64,000 bases of DNA from an uncultured Alphaproteobacteria bacterium (GCA_963816065.1 CAWFJG010000028.1:52810-116809), one strand, 5' to 3'. Counted from the stretch's first letter, positions 1 through 10,700 are shown. Notes: generated from the letters alone by a model not told the origin. Program-made: numbers and translations.

Positions 1-346
1 CCCCCTGTTGCTTCGCGCACGATGATCGACAGGATTTTGGCAACCTCTACAACAATTCCGTTTCCGAGATTTGGAACAACGAGACCTACCGGTCGGCTCG
101 TCTGCTTTTTTCCAAAGGCACACGCGCTTCTGATCGAGTTGAGACAATTTGTGACAAATGCACGGTCTTTCGGCAGGACGGCGCGCACCTTTGCGGCGTG
201 CGTCCGGCCCGTGATGTTTTCCTTGAAGCACGGAGAGGCGCGGGGCGCCTATCGGTCTAACCGACGCTCCAATTGCTGACGCGAGTGGAGCTCACCCTTG
301 ATTCGTGCCAGAGACGCTATCCGGAACATCTTCATTTCACGGATCC

Positions 347-660
347 TTATGTCGACTGGATCTCTGGTTCTGGCCGGTGAGCGGTCTCGTAACACGAGAG
401 GCCCAGCTGCCGTTGGAGTTGGACCGCGGATACGCCGGGTGTTTGGCTGGCGACCAGATAGGCAGCCCAAAACCAGATGGACAACGGCGCGCGACTGCGC
501 TCCATGACCGTGCCGACAGTCAGTCCTGTCTGGCTTCGGCATTTCCGGCATGTCAGCACGCCCGGTCGGCTTGCAATGCGAAACGGCTCGCCGTTCTCCT
601 CGCAGCGCGGGCAGACGAAGCCACGCTCCCAGCGCGCCTTATTCGAGATATGCGGCGCTT
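347..660 (-). pseudogene. IS1595-family transposase N-terminal remnant (zinc-ribbon)
   Basis: Reconstructed minus-strand AAYLE/KARWERGFVCPRC...LTCRKCRSQTGLTVGTVMERSRAPLSIWFWAAYLVASQTPGVSAVQLQRQLGL is a typical IS1595 N-terminus; frameshifted near 641 and truncated. Confidence 0.8.
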
Positions 661-889
661 ACATAGAGCCCCATCGCAGCGGCAGTGGCGCGTGCTTGAA
701 GCTTGAGCACACGCGCTGCCCCGCGATCCGCAAGTCCGCCAGACGACGAGGATATCGACTGACTGTGGACCCGGTCCTAATTCCCCTTCGAAGCCAGTCC
801 ACACCGGCGCCTCAACTTCATCAAAATTAAGTCAGCGCCAATCTTGCACGCCGAAACACAGCCAGGGCGCTTACCACCAGCCCACGTGA

Positions 890-2017
890 CTAAGGAGACG
901 CTGTCGCAGCATGACACGGCCGCACCGGATCGCCTTTGCCGCAAGCGCTCTGCAAGGCGCGAATCCTCTCGCCCACCGCTATTGCCATGATCATATTGGA
1001 GAACTCGTTTGGGTGGCCCCTGCCGTGCAGCGCGTGGAGGTCTGCAAGTCCGACAAACGGAGTGAACAGGTCTCCGCTCAGGATGAGGGCGTCGCTGTTT
1101 TCTCGAAATTGGTTCCGCAAATCTAAAGGGATAGAAGCCAACAGCTCGGGTTCGGAGAGCTGCGGAATATCGACAATGATCAAGATCACGCCGTGCGAGT
1201 GGCAAAGCGCGTACAGCCGTCTCAACAGCGCTATTTGCAACTCGCGTTTGTATGAGCTCAGGGACGTGCCTATCGTGAACTCTGTCTCTCTCGCTTGTTC
1301 GGCGGAGCCAAGACGCGCCGATTTCGCGGCCTCCCACACGGTATTTACAGCAAAGGAATAGAAAAACGAATTTTGGCTCAACCACCGCAACAACGGGACA
1401 GAGTTTATGATATCGAGGGTCCGCACGCCCGGGATGTACTTCTTGTTTGCTACTACAAGCGAACTATTCGTAACTCGAAACAAGTCGCTCCTAACATTGT
1501 CATCGAAGTCGTTTCCGAAGAATCCGAGGACAACAGCGTCTGGCTGATACCTCATACCTTCGTTCTCCAGATATATCAACTCCTCCGCCGTTCCAAACCC
1601 GGACACTCCGGTGTTGAATACTTGTGCATTTATACCATTATTTCTCAGGTACCGCTCAAGCACTGCAGAATAGGTATAGTCCTGACGAACCTCGAATCCT
1701 TCAGTGGTTGAATCTCCAAGGGCTATGACACGAAAAACTCCGGGAGGTTTCTCAAGGTTGAAATCCTCATTCGAGCGGAACCCTTGGCTGTTCGTAGAAA
1801 ACTTCCAGCGCCCGTCCGGATCCGTATGCCAGAACTGATAATTCGGCCGCAATCGGCGGATTGTAAATTCGCCGTACGTTGCCCCTGTGTGGAAACGAGG
1901 AATCAGCATAATTTGATTGCCAAAGAATAGCCGGGTTACAATCTCGCACAACCCTAGGCAAACCAACGTCACCATCGTAAGCAGCGCTATGTTTACAGCA
2001 GCCCTTTTCACTTGCAT
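890..2017 (-). CDS. Membrane-anchored SGNH/GDSL hydrolase-like protein
   Basis: N-terminal TM helix; block I GDSTTEG, block II NTGVSGFGT, block III GFFGND, block V GHPN. Confidence 0.85.
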   Translation of the reverse strand: MQVKRAAVNIALLTMVTLVCLGLCEIVTRLFFGNQIMLIPRFHTGATYGEFTIRRLRPNYQFWHTDPDGRWKFSTNSQGFRSNEDFNLEKPPGVFRVIALGDSTTEGFEVRQDYTYSAVLERYLRNNGINAQVFNTGVSGFGTAEELIYLENEGMRYQPDAVVLGFFGNDFDDNVRSDLFRVTNSSLVVANKKYIPGVRTLDIINSVPLLRWLSQNSFFYSFAVNTVWEAAKSARLGSAEQARETEFTIGTSLSSYKRELQIALLRRLYALCHSHGVILIIVDIPQLSEPELLASIPLDLRNQFRENSDALILSGDLFTPFVGLADLHALHGRGHPNEFSNMIMAIAVGERIRALQSACGKGDPVRPCHAATASP

Positions 2018-2431
2018 CTCCGGAACAAACGGATTCGAGCCGCCCGGCTAGAGTTTCGCCAACCGGTCGAGAGCTTCAACACGGGCCAGTGCGCCGATCC
2101 AGGCCCCCAGCAGGAGGCCTACGCACCCGACGCCGAGACCCGCTAGCATAAACCCGGGCAGGGAAGTCGACCGAGCGCTCACCATTTCTCGTTGACGCCT
2201 CACACCATTGAACTCAGTTTCGGTTGCCTGCGCCGCCTGATCAACTGACGCCGCCTGAGATTGACCTCGATCGTCGAGATCGACCGGGCGACGACAGTCC
2301 ATAGCGCAATTTGAGGCGAGGCTGTATCGTTCCGGTCGTACGACAAAGCGAGGCCGCGGCGACAGCTTTGGCGTTCGGTGGGTTTCGATGCGCAATTCAA
2401 TTTCTGACCAGAGCGATGTCACGAGAACCCG

Positions 2432-3577
2432 ATGAGCCATGCCGGCGCGCCTACCCCCCAGGAGAAATCGTCTTTCGCAGGGAAGTTGGCCACATGGCTG
2501 CTGATTATCCCGTCAGCGGTCATTGGAATTCTCCTGGTCGAAGTGTTTTGTTGGCTGTTCGTTCCGTGGATCGGGTTGAACATCCCAGGGCGGGACAGTC
2601 GCGTCGTTTTCTTCGAGGGTCTCGGTCAAATATTCGAGAATCACGCAGATATATTTACCTATCTATCTGACAATAACGTCCGCAACGTGACCGCCTTTTT
2701 CAACAAGAATGACTATAATATCGAATACGATTATCGCTTTAGGACCAATAACCTCGGCCTCACGCAAAACGATGACGTCTTGACTGGAAGGAAATCGCTC
2801 CTGTTGCTCGGCGATTCCTTCACCGAAGGCCAAGGCGCCGAACCCTGGTTTGGGCTGACCGCTCCGGCGATCGAGACGCTCGGGTTTCAGCCCATCAACG
2901 GCGGAGTGCTGGGGACTGGGTTCGGCCAGTGGCTCAAACTTACCCGATATTTGACGGCCAAGGGGATTGATGTCCGAAAGATTGTCGTCATTTTTATTTC
3001 TGACGACTATCATCGCCCCGTTTGGAATATTACGCCTGAGGTATTTCATTGCCTTTTGGCGTCTTCGCTTTGCAGAGTTGACACCAGCTATTTCTATCAC
3101 TTGCCATCCGCGCAGGAATTGCCCTCCTGGATAAATCGGGTGAGAGTCGCCCGTGGTCCCTTAAGGCCCCAGCTTGAACCGCGCGCTGCGGCGCTGCTTC
3201 CGGCAACGTATTCCGTGTACATGTATTTCCGGCAGCTGCTCACTTTTGCAAAAGCCGAACGGCAGTCGCGCGTCGCCATCAGGGATCTGATTGCGACATA
3301 CGGTCCCGAAAACGTGGCGTTCCTTCAGTTGCCGCAGAAAGACGAACTCGATCGCGGTCCGGACAGTCTGGGGCTGCGGGCGCGACAGGCGATAGAGGAT
3401 GCTGGCGGGAAGCTATTCGACGGCTTCAAATTATGCGGACTGACCAAGGCCGACTACTATGAACACGACAACCACCCAAATCGGGCCGGCTACAGCAAAA
3501 TCGCGACATGCACAAAAACCGTGATAAATCATCTGGCCGCTCAGGGCATGGCCGTGCGCCGAGCCGCATCTGACTGA
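2432..3577 (+). CDS. Membrane-anchored SGNH/GDSL hydrolase-like protein
   Basis: N-terminal TM helix; LGDSFTEG, NGGVLGTG and DNHPN motifs. Confidence 0.8.
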   Translation: MSHAGAPTPQEKSSFAGKLATWLLIIPSAVIGILLVEVFCWLFVPWIGLNIPGRDSRVVFFEGLGQIFENHADIFTYLSDNNVRNVTAFFNKNDYNIEYDYRFRTNNLGLTQNDDVLTGRKSLLLLGDSFTEGQGAEPWFGLTAPAIETLGFQPINGGVLGTGFGQWLKLTRYLTAKGIDVRKIVVIFISDDYHRPVWNITPEVFHCLLASSLCRVDTSYFYHLPSAQELPSWINRVRVARGPLRPQLEPRAAALLPATYSVYMYFRQLLTFAKAERQSRVAIRDLIATYGPENVAFLQLPQKDELDRGPDSLGLRARQAIEDAGGKLFDGFKLCGLTKADYYEHDNHPNRAGYSKIATCTKTVINHLAAQGMAVRRAASD

Positions 3578-3813
3578 AGAGGACGGAGGGATCCCAAGGG
3601 CGATCGGATTGTCGGTGGGTCGCGCGAGTTTCACAGGGCTTGCCAGCGAACAACGACAGCTTATCATTGGTTTTAGACGTCCGATCGAGGCATCCGATCA
3701 TAGCCAACGGCGACGTCGTATCGCAAATGCTGCTGCTCTCAGCCGGTTACGCTATGGCAAGCAAAAGGAGATCAGGATTGGAGGCCCGTTCGCACGAGAC
3801 AGCGCCCCAGTTC

Positions 3814-4230
3814 ATGTCGCACGAGAAACTGGTCCGTCGCGACGACATCGTCGGCCCGTCGAATTGACGGTTCGGTCTGACGATCGGCGCGGCATGCATA
3901 GTCTTCTGGGGCGTTGGCCGCCTGCTCGGCCATAGCTATTCGGAATGGCTGCTGGGCCTGGGGCTTGTTAGCGCGCTGCTCGGCCTTCTGTGGCCAGCGG
4001 CGCTGGCGCCGCTCAATCGATTTTGGCTTAAACTCGGACTCGTCCTCGAAAGGGTCGTGAACCCGGTCGTCATGACGGTGTTGTTTGCTTCAGCGATCGT
4101 GCCGATAGGTGTCCTGCTGCGGCTGAGCGGCAAGGATTTGCTGCGTCTGCGCCGTGATCCGGATGCGGCAAGCCACTGGATCCCGCGGTCGTCCGGCCGG
4201 CCTACTGAATCAATGAACAATCAATTCTGA
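3814..4230 (+). pseudogene. SxtJ-family membrane protein with in-frame TGA at 3865-3867
   Basis: Reads MSHEKLVRRDDIVGPSN*RFGLTIG...LAPLNRFWLKLGLVLERVVNPVVM...PIGVLLRLSGKDLLRLRRDPDAASHWIPR...MNNQF, the typical SxtJ pattern; the stop is consistent with CGA>TGA. Confidence 0.8.
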
Positions 4231-4239
4231 CGAGGCGAC

Positions 4240-4389
4240 ATGTCATTCTTGATGGAGTTATGGTCATTCCTTAGGGCTCGCAAGAAATTCTGGCTCATTC
4301 CCGTGATGATTATGATCGCGGTCTTCGGAGGTTTGGTTGTGCTTAGCAGCGGGTCGGTTATTGCTCCTTTCATTTATACATTATTTTAG
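4240..4389 (+). CDS. SxtK/DUF5989-family 49-aa membrane micropeptide
   Basis: MSFLMELWSFLRARKKFWLIPVMIMIAVFGGLVVLSSGSVIAPFIYTLF*, GAGG RBS upstream, lies between sxtJ-like and the carbamoyltransferase; below the ORF-track cutoff. Confidence 0.9.
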   Translation: MSFLMELWSFLRARKKFWLIPVMIMIAVFGGLVVLSSGSVIAPFIYTLF

Positions 4390-4397
4390 GAATACCA

Positions 4398-6233
4398 TTG
4401 TTCGTACTTGGCATTTCGGCTTTCTACCACGACAGCGCCGCGGCTCTGGTCACGGATGGACGGATCGTCGCGGCCGCGCAGGAGGAGCGGTTCACCCGGA
4501 AAAAGAACGATTCCGGCTTTCCCCGGAGGGCCATCGAATACTGTCTCGACGAGGCGGCGATCGATCTCGGCGCCGTCGACTACGTCGTGTTTTACGAAAA
4601 GCCGTTCGTCAAATTCGAGCGCCTGCTCGAAACGTACTTGGCTTTTGCTCCCCGTGGCCTGCGGTCGTTTCGTATGGCCCTGCCGATCTGGATCAAGGAA
4701 AAGCTGTTTCAGAAGCGTCTGCTCCGCAAAGAGCTTGAACGGCTGGCGCCGGACTACGATTGGGAGAAGCGCCTCCTGTTCAGCGAGCACCACCAGAGCC
4801 ACGCCGCCTCCGCCTTCTTCCCCTCGCCGTTCCAAGAGGCCGCGGTGCTGACAATGGATGGCGTCGGCGAGTGGACGACGACGTCCTTGGCCGTGGGCCG
4901 TGGGAACGCGCTGGAGATACTCAAGGAAATTCATTTCCCCCATTCGCTTGGATTGCTCTATGCGGCGTTCACTGCCTATACGGGGTTCCGGGTGAATTCC
5001 GGGGAGTACAAGATGATGGGGCTGGCGCCCTATGGGGAACCGCGTTACATCCAGAAGATCCTCGACAATCTGATCGACCTGAAGCCGGACGGCAGTTTCT
5101 GGCTCGATCAGAGCTATTTCAACTATTGCACCGGGCTCACTATGACGAACAGGCGCTTTCACGCGCTGTTCGGCGGCGATCCGCGGGACGAGCATGCGCC
5201 GCTGACCCAACGCGAGATGGATCTCGCCGCCTCAATCCAGGCGGTGACCGACGAAGCCGTGCTCCGAATGACTCGTTCGATCGCCCGCGAGACCGGCGCC
5301 AAGAAGCTTTGCCTCGCAGGCGGCGTGGCCCTTAACTGCGTCAGCAACGGCAAGATTGTCCGTGACGGCAAGTTCGAAGACATTTGGGTGCAGCCCGCGG
5401 CCGGCGACGCGGGAGGCGCGCTTGGGGCGGCGCTCACCGCCTACCACCTCTATTCCAACCAGCCCCGCCTCCCACAAAGCGCGCTCGACGCTATGCAGGG
5501 TTCCTACCTTGGTCCCCAATTCGCGCAAACCGAAATCGAGCGGCGTCTCGACGCTTGCGGCGCGGTCTACGACGTGATGGCCGAGGAGGCGTTGATCGAG
5601 GCGACCGTTGGCGCGCTGATTGAGGAAAAGGCGGTCGGCTGGCACCAGGGGCGCATGGAATTCGGGCCGCGTGCGCTGGGAAACCGCTCCATTCTGGGCG
5701 ACCCACGCAGCCGGACGATGCAGAAGACTTTGAACCTGCGGGTCAAGTATCGCGAGAGCTTCCGACCTTTTGCGCCCTCCGTCCTGCGCGAAGACGTCGC
5801 CGACTGGTTCGATCACGACGGCGACAGCCCTTACATGCTGGTCGTCGCCGACGTTGCAGCGAAGCGCCGGGCGCCGTTGAGCCCAGACGACGCAGCCAGG
5901 GTGGGGACGGACAAGGTCAACGCTGTACGCTCGGAAATCCCGGCGATTACCCATGTCGATTATTCGGCCCGCCTGCAGACCGTTCATCGGGAGACAAATC
6001 CCCGCTACCATGCGTTGATTTCGGCCTTCAAGGCCAGGACCGGCTGCCCCGTGCTGGTCAACACCAGCTTCAATGTGCGCGGCGAGCCGATCGCTTGCAC
6101 GCCGGAAGACGCATTCCAGTGCCTGATGGGCACCGAGATCGAGGTGCTGGTGGTGGGCGATTGTTTTCTGCGCAAGGAACGGCAAGATCCGGCGCTGAAG
6201 CTCGACTACCGCAATGTCTTTGACCCGGACTAG
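4398..6233 (+). CDS. O-carbamoyltransferase (NodU/CmcH/TobZ/SxtI family)
   Basis: LGISAFYHDSAA, EERFTRKK, EHHQSHAASAF, DGVGE, GEYKMMGLAPYG, AGGVALNC, EFGPRALGNRS, KYRESFRPFAP, NTSFN. Confidence 0.95.
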   Translation: MFVLGISAFYHDSAAALVTDGRIVAAAQEERFTRKKNDSGFPRRAIEYCLDEAAIDLGAVDYVVFYEKPFVKFERLLETYLAFAPRGLRSFRMALPIWIKEKLFQKRLLRKELERLAPDYDWEKRLLFSEHHQSHAASAFFPSPFQEAAVLTMDGVGEWTTTSLAVGRGNALEILKEIHFPHSLGLLYAAFTAYTGFRVNSGEYKMMGLAPYGEPRYIQKILDNLIDLKPDGSFWLDQSYFNYCTGLTMTNRRFHALFGGDPRDEHAPLTQREMDLAASIQAVTDEAVLRMTRSIARETGAKKLCLAGGVALNCVSNGKIVRDGKFEDIWVQPAAGDAGGALGAALTAYHLYSNQPRLPQSALDAMQGSYLGPQFAQTEIERRLDACGAVYDVMAEEALIEATVGALIEEKAVGWHQGRMEFGPRALGNRSILGDPRSRTMQKTLNLRVKYRESFRPFAPSVLREDVADWFDHDGDSPYMLVVADVAAKRRAPLSPDDAARVGTDKVNAVRSEIPAITHVDYSARLQTVHRETNPRYHALISAFKARTGCPVLVNTSFNVRGEPIACTPEDAFQCLMGTEIEVLVVGDCFLRKERQDPALKLDYRNVFDPD

Positions 6234-6373
6234 GAATTGCAGCGTCTGTTCTCGCCCATCCGCAAGACGGCTTGCGAGCTTCGCAGGCTCGTTTCGGAGA
6301 CCGGCTTTTACCGCTTATTGGGCTCGTGCTACGTTGCAAAATGCGTAGCCACAATGTTGGAAAAACAATCGGA

Positions 6374-7669
6374 ATGGACACTGTCTCCATCTTCGACGTG
6401 GTGCGGCGCCGCTTATATTTGATTGTCGCGCTGTGCGCCGTGACGACCCTGGCGGGATACGGCGTTTCATTCTTCAAGCCGCTCATCCCGGTGAAATACG
6501 AAGCGTCCGCTGTCGTCTTGGTGCGACCTCACGAGCAGGTCAAGATCGGGCCGGCCGGTTCGGGCAAGGAGGTCTTGGACTTTCCAGTCGCGCAGACGCC
6601 GGTCGTCGAGTCCGCTTCCAAAACGTACATCCAGATCATCCAGAGTCCTGAGTTGATTGGCAAGGTCGTCCGTGAGCTCGGGTTGGACCATGAGCAGACC
6701 AGCCCAGTGGACCAGGATGCGACGCTGCTTGGGCGGTTTACTGCTTCAGTGAACAGAATATTTGAAGGCGTGAAACCATATATTAAGAATACCCTGTCGA
6801 TTATGAGATATGGTAAAGTCGTTGAAGATAATCCTTTCGACAAAGCCGTGGGCAGGATTGGTCGCGGGCTTACCCTAAAGGCATACGAGGACACTTATGT
6901 CTTCGAGATCAAATACAGCGATGCAGATCCACAGGTCGCTGCCGGCGTGGCCAACACGATCGCGAGGTTGTTCATTCAGTTCATGGAAGACATGCGGTCA
7001 TCGGAGGCTCAAGCTTCGGCAAATCGACTGGAGAGTCAGCTCGACGAGAGCCGGCAACGACTGGTTGACGCCCGCGAGACCCTGCAAAAATATAAGGAGG
7101 CCCATGGCGTTTTCCTGTACCAGCCCGAATATGATGAGAAACTGAAGGTCATTTCGGATTTGACGGTTGAGCTGGCGAAGCTGGATTCCGCTTATGCCAA
7201 CGAGAGTTTGGGAGCCAATACGATCGAAGCCACGACCTACGCCAAAAAGCGAGAGCGTCTCCTAAGGTCGCTTAACGAGAACCAGACGGCTTTGGCTTCT
7301 CTACCGATGGTCGAGCGCGAACTGCAGCTTCGGCAGGCGGACGTCGATGTCGCAAACACCGCTTACGGGACAGTGGCCAGGGAATTGAAGGACGCCGAGT
7401 TGAAGTTCGACTCCCTGCCGGAAGCGCGGTTGATCTCTCCGGCCTGGGTTCCCGACGTGCCGAGCCGCCCGCGCCGCGACGTCATCGCATTGGTGTCCCT
7501 GGTGGCTGGGTTGCTGGCCGGAGTCGCGCTGGCCTTACTCCTCGAGTACTTCAATCGAACGGCGCGCGGGGTCAGCGATATCGAGACCTTCGTCGGCCTG
7601 AAGGTGATCGGCACGATCCCGGAGGTCGCCCTTGGTCTGCCGCTCGACCGCGACGTGGGTCGGCTTTAG
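6374..7669 (+). CDS. Wzz/GumC-type polysaccharide co-polymerase (no kinase domain)
   Basis: Two TM helices flanking a coiled-coil periplasmic region; PxxPSRP before TM2; GLKVIGTIP tail; start set at ATG 6374. Confidence 0.85.
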   Translation: MDTVSIFDVVRRRLYLIVALCAVTTLAGYGVSFFKPLIPVKYEASAVVLVRPHEQVKIGPAGSGKEVLDFPVAQTPVVESASKTYIQIIQSPELIGKVVRELGLDHEQTSPVDQDATLLGRFTASVNRIFEGVKPYIKNTLSIMRYGKVVEDNPFDKAVGRIGRGLTLKAYEDTYVFEIKYSDADPQVAAGVANTIARLFIQFMEDMRSSEAQASANRLESQLDESRQRLVDARETLQKYKEAHGVFLYQPEYDEKLKVISDLTVELAKLDSAYANESLGANTIEATTYAKKRERLLRSLNENQTALASLPMVERELQLRQADVDVANTAYGTVARELKDAELKFDSLPEARLISPAWVPDVPSRPRRDVIALVSLVAGLLAGVALALLLEYFNRTARGVSDIETFVGLKVIGTIPEVALGLPLDRDVGRL

Positions 7670-7880
7670 GGACGAGGCCCTCCCATCGACGAAGACGCCT
7701 AGATTCGCTGTCAACCGAAATGCTCTCGAAATGCGGTTGCGCGAGCCGAGACGAAGCGCAAAGCGGTCGAAGCCGCTGAACTTGGACGCCAGTTTCGACA
7801 TGGCGACGGATGCGCCTCCCGTGCTGGCGCCGGAACCGGTCGCAAGCTAGCCTGACGCAACTTGGGAGCGGGATCGAGTT

Positions 7881-9704
7881 TTGAAGCTGATCAAGCAATT
7901 ATGGTTTGTCCTTACGCCACGCGAAAGAACGGAGGGCGGGCTTCTCCTCTGCGCGATGGTTTTCGGCGCCTTGCTCGAGACCGTGAGCATAGGCGCGGTT
8001 CTTCCATTCATCGCCGTGCTCAAGGAGCCGGAGATGCTATCAAAATCGGCGCACATGGCGCCGATTCTATCGCGCTTGAAGGGCAGTTCGCCGCAGGAAC
8101 TGGTCTTTAGCCTCGGTTTGACTTTAATCATCCTCTTCGCAATGAAGACCAGCTACCTCGTCTTCTTGTATCGTTGGCTCTTTGGCTATTCCATGAGGAA
8201 GCAGGTGAGCCTCGCCCGCCAGTTGCTCGCTGGCTATCTGGCGGCGCCCTATATCCTGCATCTGCAGCGCAACAGCGCCGAACTGATCAGGGTGACGACG
8301 CGGTCGGTAGAGGACTTCGCCAACATTTTCCTGGTTAATCTGCTCATTGCTCTAGGTGAGTTTTTGGTTCTGGCGGCGCTTACTGCGTTGCTGATGGTCG
8401 TCGCACCCATGGAAACGCTTGGGGCCGTCGTGGTCCTCGGTCTTCCAATCGCGTTGATTTACCGGGTGACGCAGGCTCGCTTGGCAAAATCAGGACGTAT
8501 CGCCGAAGAAAGTTTCGGGCTCATGATTTAGTGGGCCGAGCAGGCGCTCAACAGCGTGAAAGAGATCACCATAACAGGCCAACGCTCATTCTTCATAGAC
8601 CAGCACAGCTTTAACGTCCAACGCTTTACCGATGGGCTGCGCTCAGTGACCTTCTTTAATACGGCTCCACGTTTTCTCATGGATACGTTGGCCGTGGCTG
8701 CAATGGTCGCAATTGCAGCGATTCTCCTGGCGCGCGGGCAGGACCTGCAGTCGAGCCTGCTGTTCCTGGGAATGTTCGTCTTGGCCGCCTTTCGGCTGAT
8801 ACCTTCCGCGAGTCGCTTGAGCGGCGCCCTTTCGCAGCTTCGCTACCGCTATGCATCGACCGAGGTGATCTATCATGAACTGCTCGCTCTGCGGCAACAG
8901 CCATCGGACGCCCCGGCCGGCTCCGCCAATGAGCAAGTATCGCCAATTCCATTCCAGCGGGGGCTCAAGGTCGAACACCTGGTTTATTCGTATCCCACAA
9001 TGCATAAGGCGGCGATCGATGACATATCGCTGGAAATTCCAAAAGGCAGTTGGGTTGCGCTGATCGGGCCGACCGGCGCCGGCAAGACCACGCTGGCTGA
9101 TCTCATTTTAGGGTTTCTCACTCCGAGCTCGGGCAGAGTCCTTGTTGATGGCCACGATCTGCGCGACAACGTCGGAGGCTGGCAGCGAAATATCGGATAT
9201 GTTCCGCAGAGCGTCTATCTGATCGACGACACGATTCGGCGCAATGTCGCCTTTGGCGTGCCGGAAAACGAGATTGACGAGGAGCGCGTGTGGCAAGCGC
9301 TTCGCGCCGCACAGGTTGATGCGCTCGTTCGCTCGCTCCCAGGCGAATTGACTGCAATTGTCGGTGAGCGCGGCGGCCGTCTTTCAGGGGGGGAGCGCCA
9401 ACGACTGGGAATTGCGCGCGCTCTGTACCGCGATCCGGAGGTCCTTGTCATCGACGAGGGAACCGCCAATCTGGACCATGCGACGGAAGCGGCAATTGTC
9501 GAGGTCATCGGCGGACTGAGAGGCAAAAAGACAATCATCGTCATCGCGCATCGGTTGGCTTTTGTGAGAAACTGCGATTGCATATTCATTCTCGATCAGG
9601 GGCGCATTCGCAATTCTGGCCGATATGCGGACCTGCTCTCGAGAGACCCCGCGTTTCTCGGGTCCTCTTACGAGGCGCCGTCGACTTCCGCCTTAGAAAA
9701 CTAA
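7881..9704 (+). pseudogene. ABC exporter permease/ATPase (MsbA/PglK/HepA-like) split by in-frame TAG at 8529-8531
   Basis: ORFs 7881-8531 and 8556-9704 share a frame (GLMI*WAEQALNSVKEI); Walker A GPTGAGKT, LSGGERQR signature, IIVIAHRL. Confidence 0.85.
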
Positions 9705-9758
9705 CGAAAGCGGGTAGCCTGGGCTTGACCAGCCGACAGCCTGTCAGCGATTGGCGTC

Positions 9759-10700
9759 TCAGGCCGAAGGGGTCAAATTTCTTTCCATGCGCCCAAGGAA
9801 GCCGTCGCGAATACCCAGAAAACACGCCCGTATCTTCGCCCCGCGCTGGCGTTCGATCAGAACGATCCCGCCAAGCGTCGTCGCCAGCCTGAGGCAAAAC
9901 CAGAAAGTCAGGGATGGCCAACTTCGTCGAGGGTAAAGGCGCAGCCAAAAGAACAGAAGATTTCTGAAATAAAGATACCGGCGAAAAGCCGAATGGTTGG
10001 TCGTCCGGACGTCAACGCCCAGGAGCCGCCGATGCAGAGGATCGCCCACTCGGTGTTCGATCACGCAATCGCGATGCGCGAGGACCTTGTATCCCGCCTT
10101 CCGTATGCGGAACGTGTACTCCATATCCCCGTAGTCCATCGAGAGATCTTCCCAGCAGCCATGTTTGCCGACCCGGGGCAAGCCCACGTCCGCCACGACC
10201 GCGACGTTGATCAAAGCGCCGCTCCACATAACGGCATCGCAATCGATCGCTGCGCCCGGTCCCACCCGAGCGTGCCGAGGCCCGCCCGGGGTCAGCCGAC
10301 GGCCGCGGTCCAACGGTCCCCGATTGAGGAGGTCGTGAGAAGGGCTGACCACGCCGACGTCCCGATCCCAGTTCGGCCCGCTAGACCTCAACATTTCGAT
10401 CAGCAACGCAAGGATGTTCGGGCCGGGCCGCGTGTCGGCGTCGATCAGCCAGACCCAATTGTATCCGTGCGCGCGGGCAAACTCTAATCCGGTGGCGAAA
10501 CCTCCGCCGGAGCCCAGATCGACCTTGTTCCGCACGATGGTGGTCTTCGGAGAAAAATCCAATTCGTCGAGTCCGTCCGTCGAGGCGTTATCGACGAGAA
10601 CAACCCGTTCAACGGGCGCTGTCTGACAAAGAATGGCTTCAATTGTCCCACCGACGATATCGGCTTCATTATAGCACGTAATGGCTGCGAGGATTTTCAA
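9759..10700 (-). CDS. Glycosyltransferase family 2 (rhamnosyltransferase-like), inverted paralog
   Basis: VDNASTDG, WLIDAD and WSGALI motifs. Confidence 0.9.
   Translation of the reverse strand: MKILAAITCYNEADIVGGTIEAILCQTAPVERVVLVDNASTDGLDELDFSPKTTIVRNKVDLGSGGGFATGLEFARAHGYNWVWLIDADTRPGPNILALLIEMLRSSGPNWDRDVGVVSPSHDLLNRGPLDRGRRLTPGGPRHARVGPGAAIDCDAVMWSGALINVAVVADVGLPRVGKHGCWEDLSMDYGDMEYTFRIRKAGYKVLAHRDCVIEHRVGDPLHRRLLGVDVRTTNHSAFRRYLYFRNLLFFWLRLYPRRSWPSLTFWFCLRLATTLGGIVLIERQRGAKIRACFLGIRDGFLGRMERNLTPSA

Noticed and set aside
2048-2440. 130-aa minus-strand ORF between the two SGNH genes
   Set aside because: Only the last ~45 aa look like a hydrophobic peptide; no RBS or family evidence
3814-6233. 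Saxitoxin or Nod-factor biosynthesis suggested by sxtIJK/nodU homology
   Set aside because: No sxtA/sxtG or nodABC genes; the context is polysaccharide synthesis
3865-8531. Selenocysteine or pyrrolysine recoding at the in-frame TGA and TAG
   Set aside because: The positions appear to correspond to Arg and Gln in non-catalytic regions; no SECIS-like hairpin or pyl context seen; other genes use TGA and TAG as normal stops
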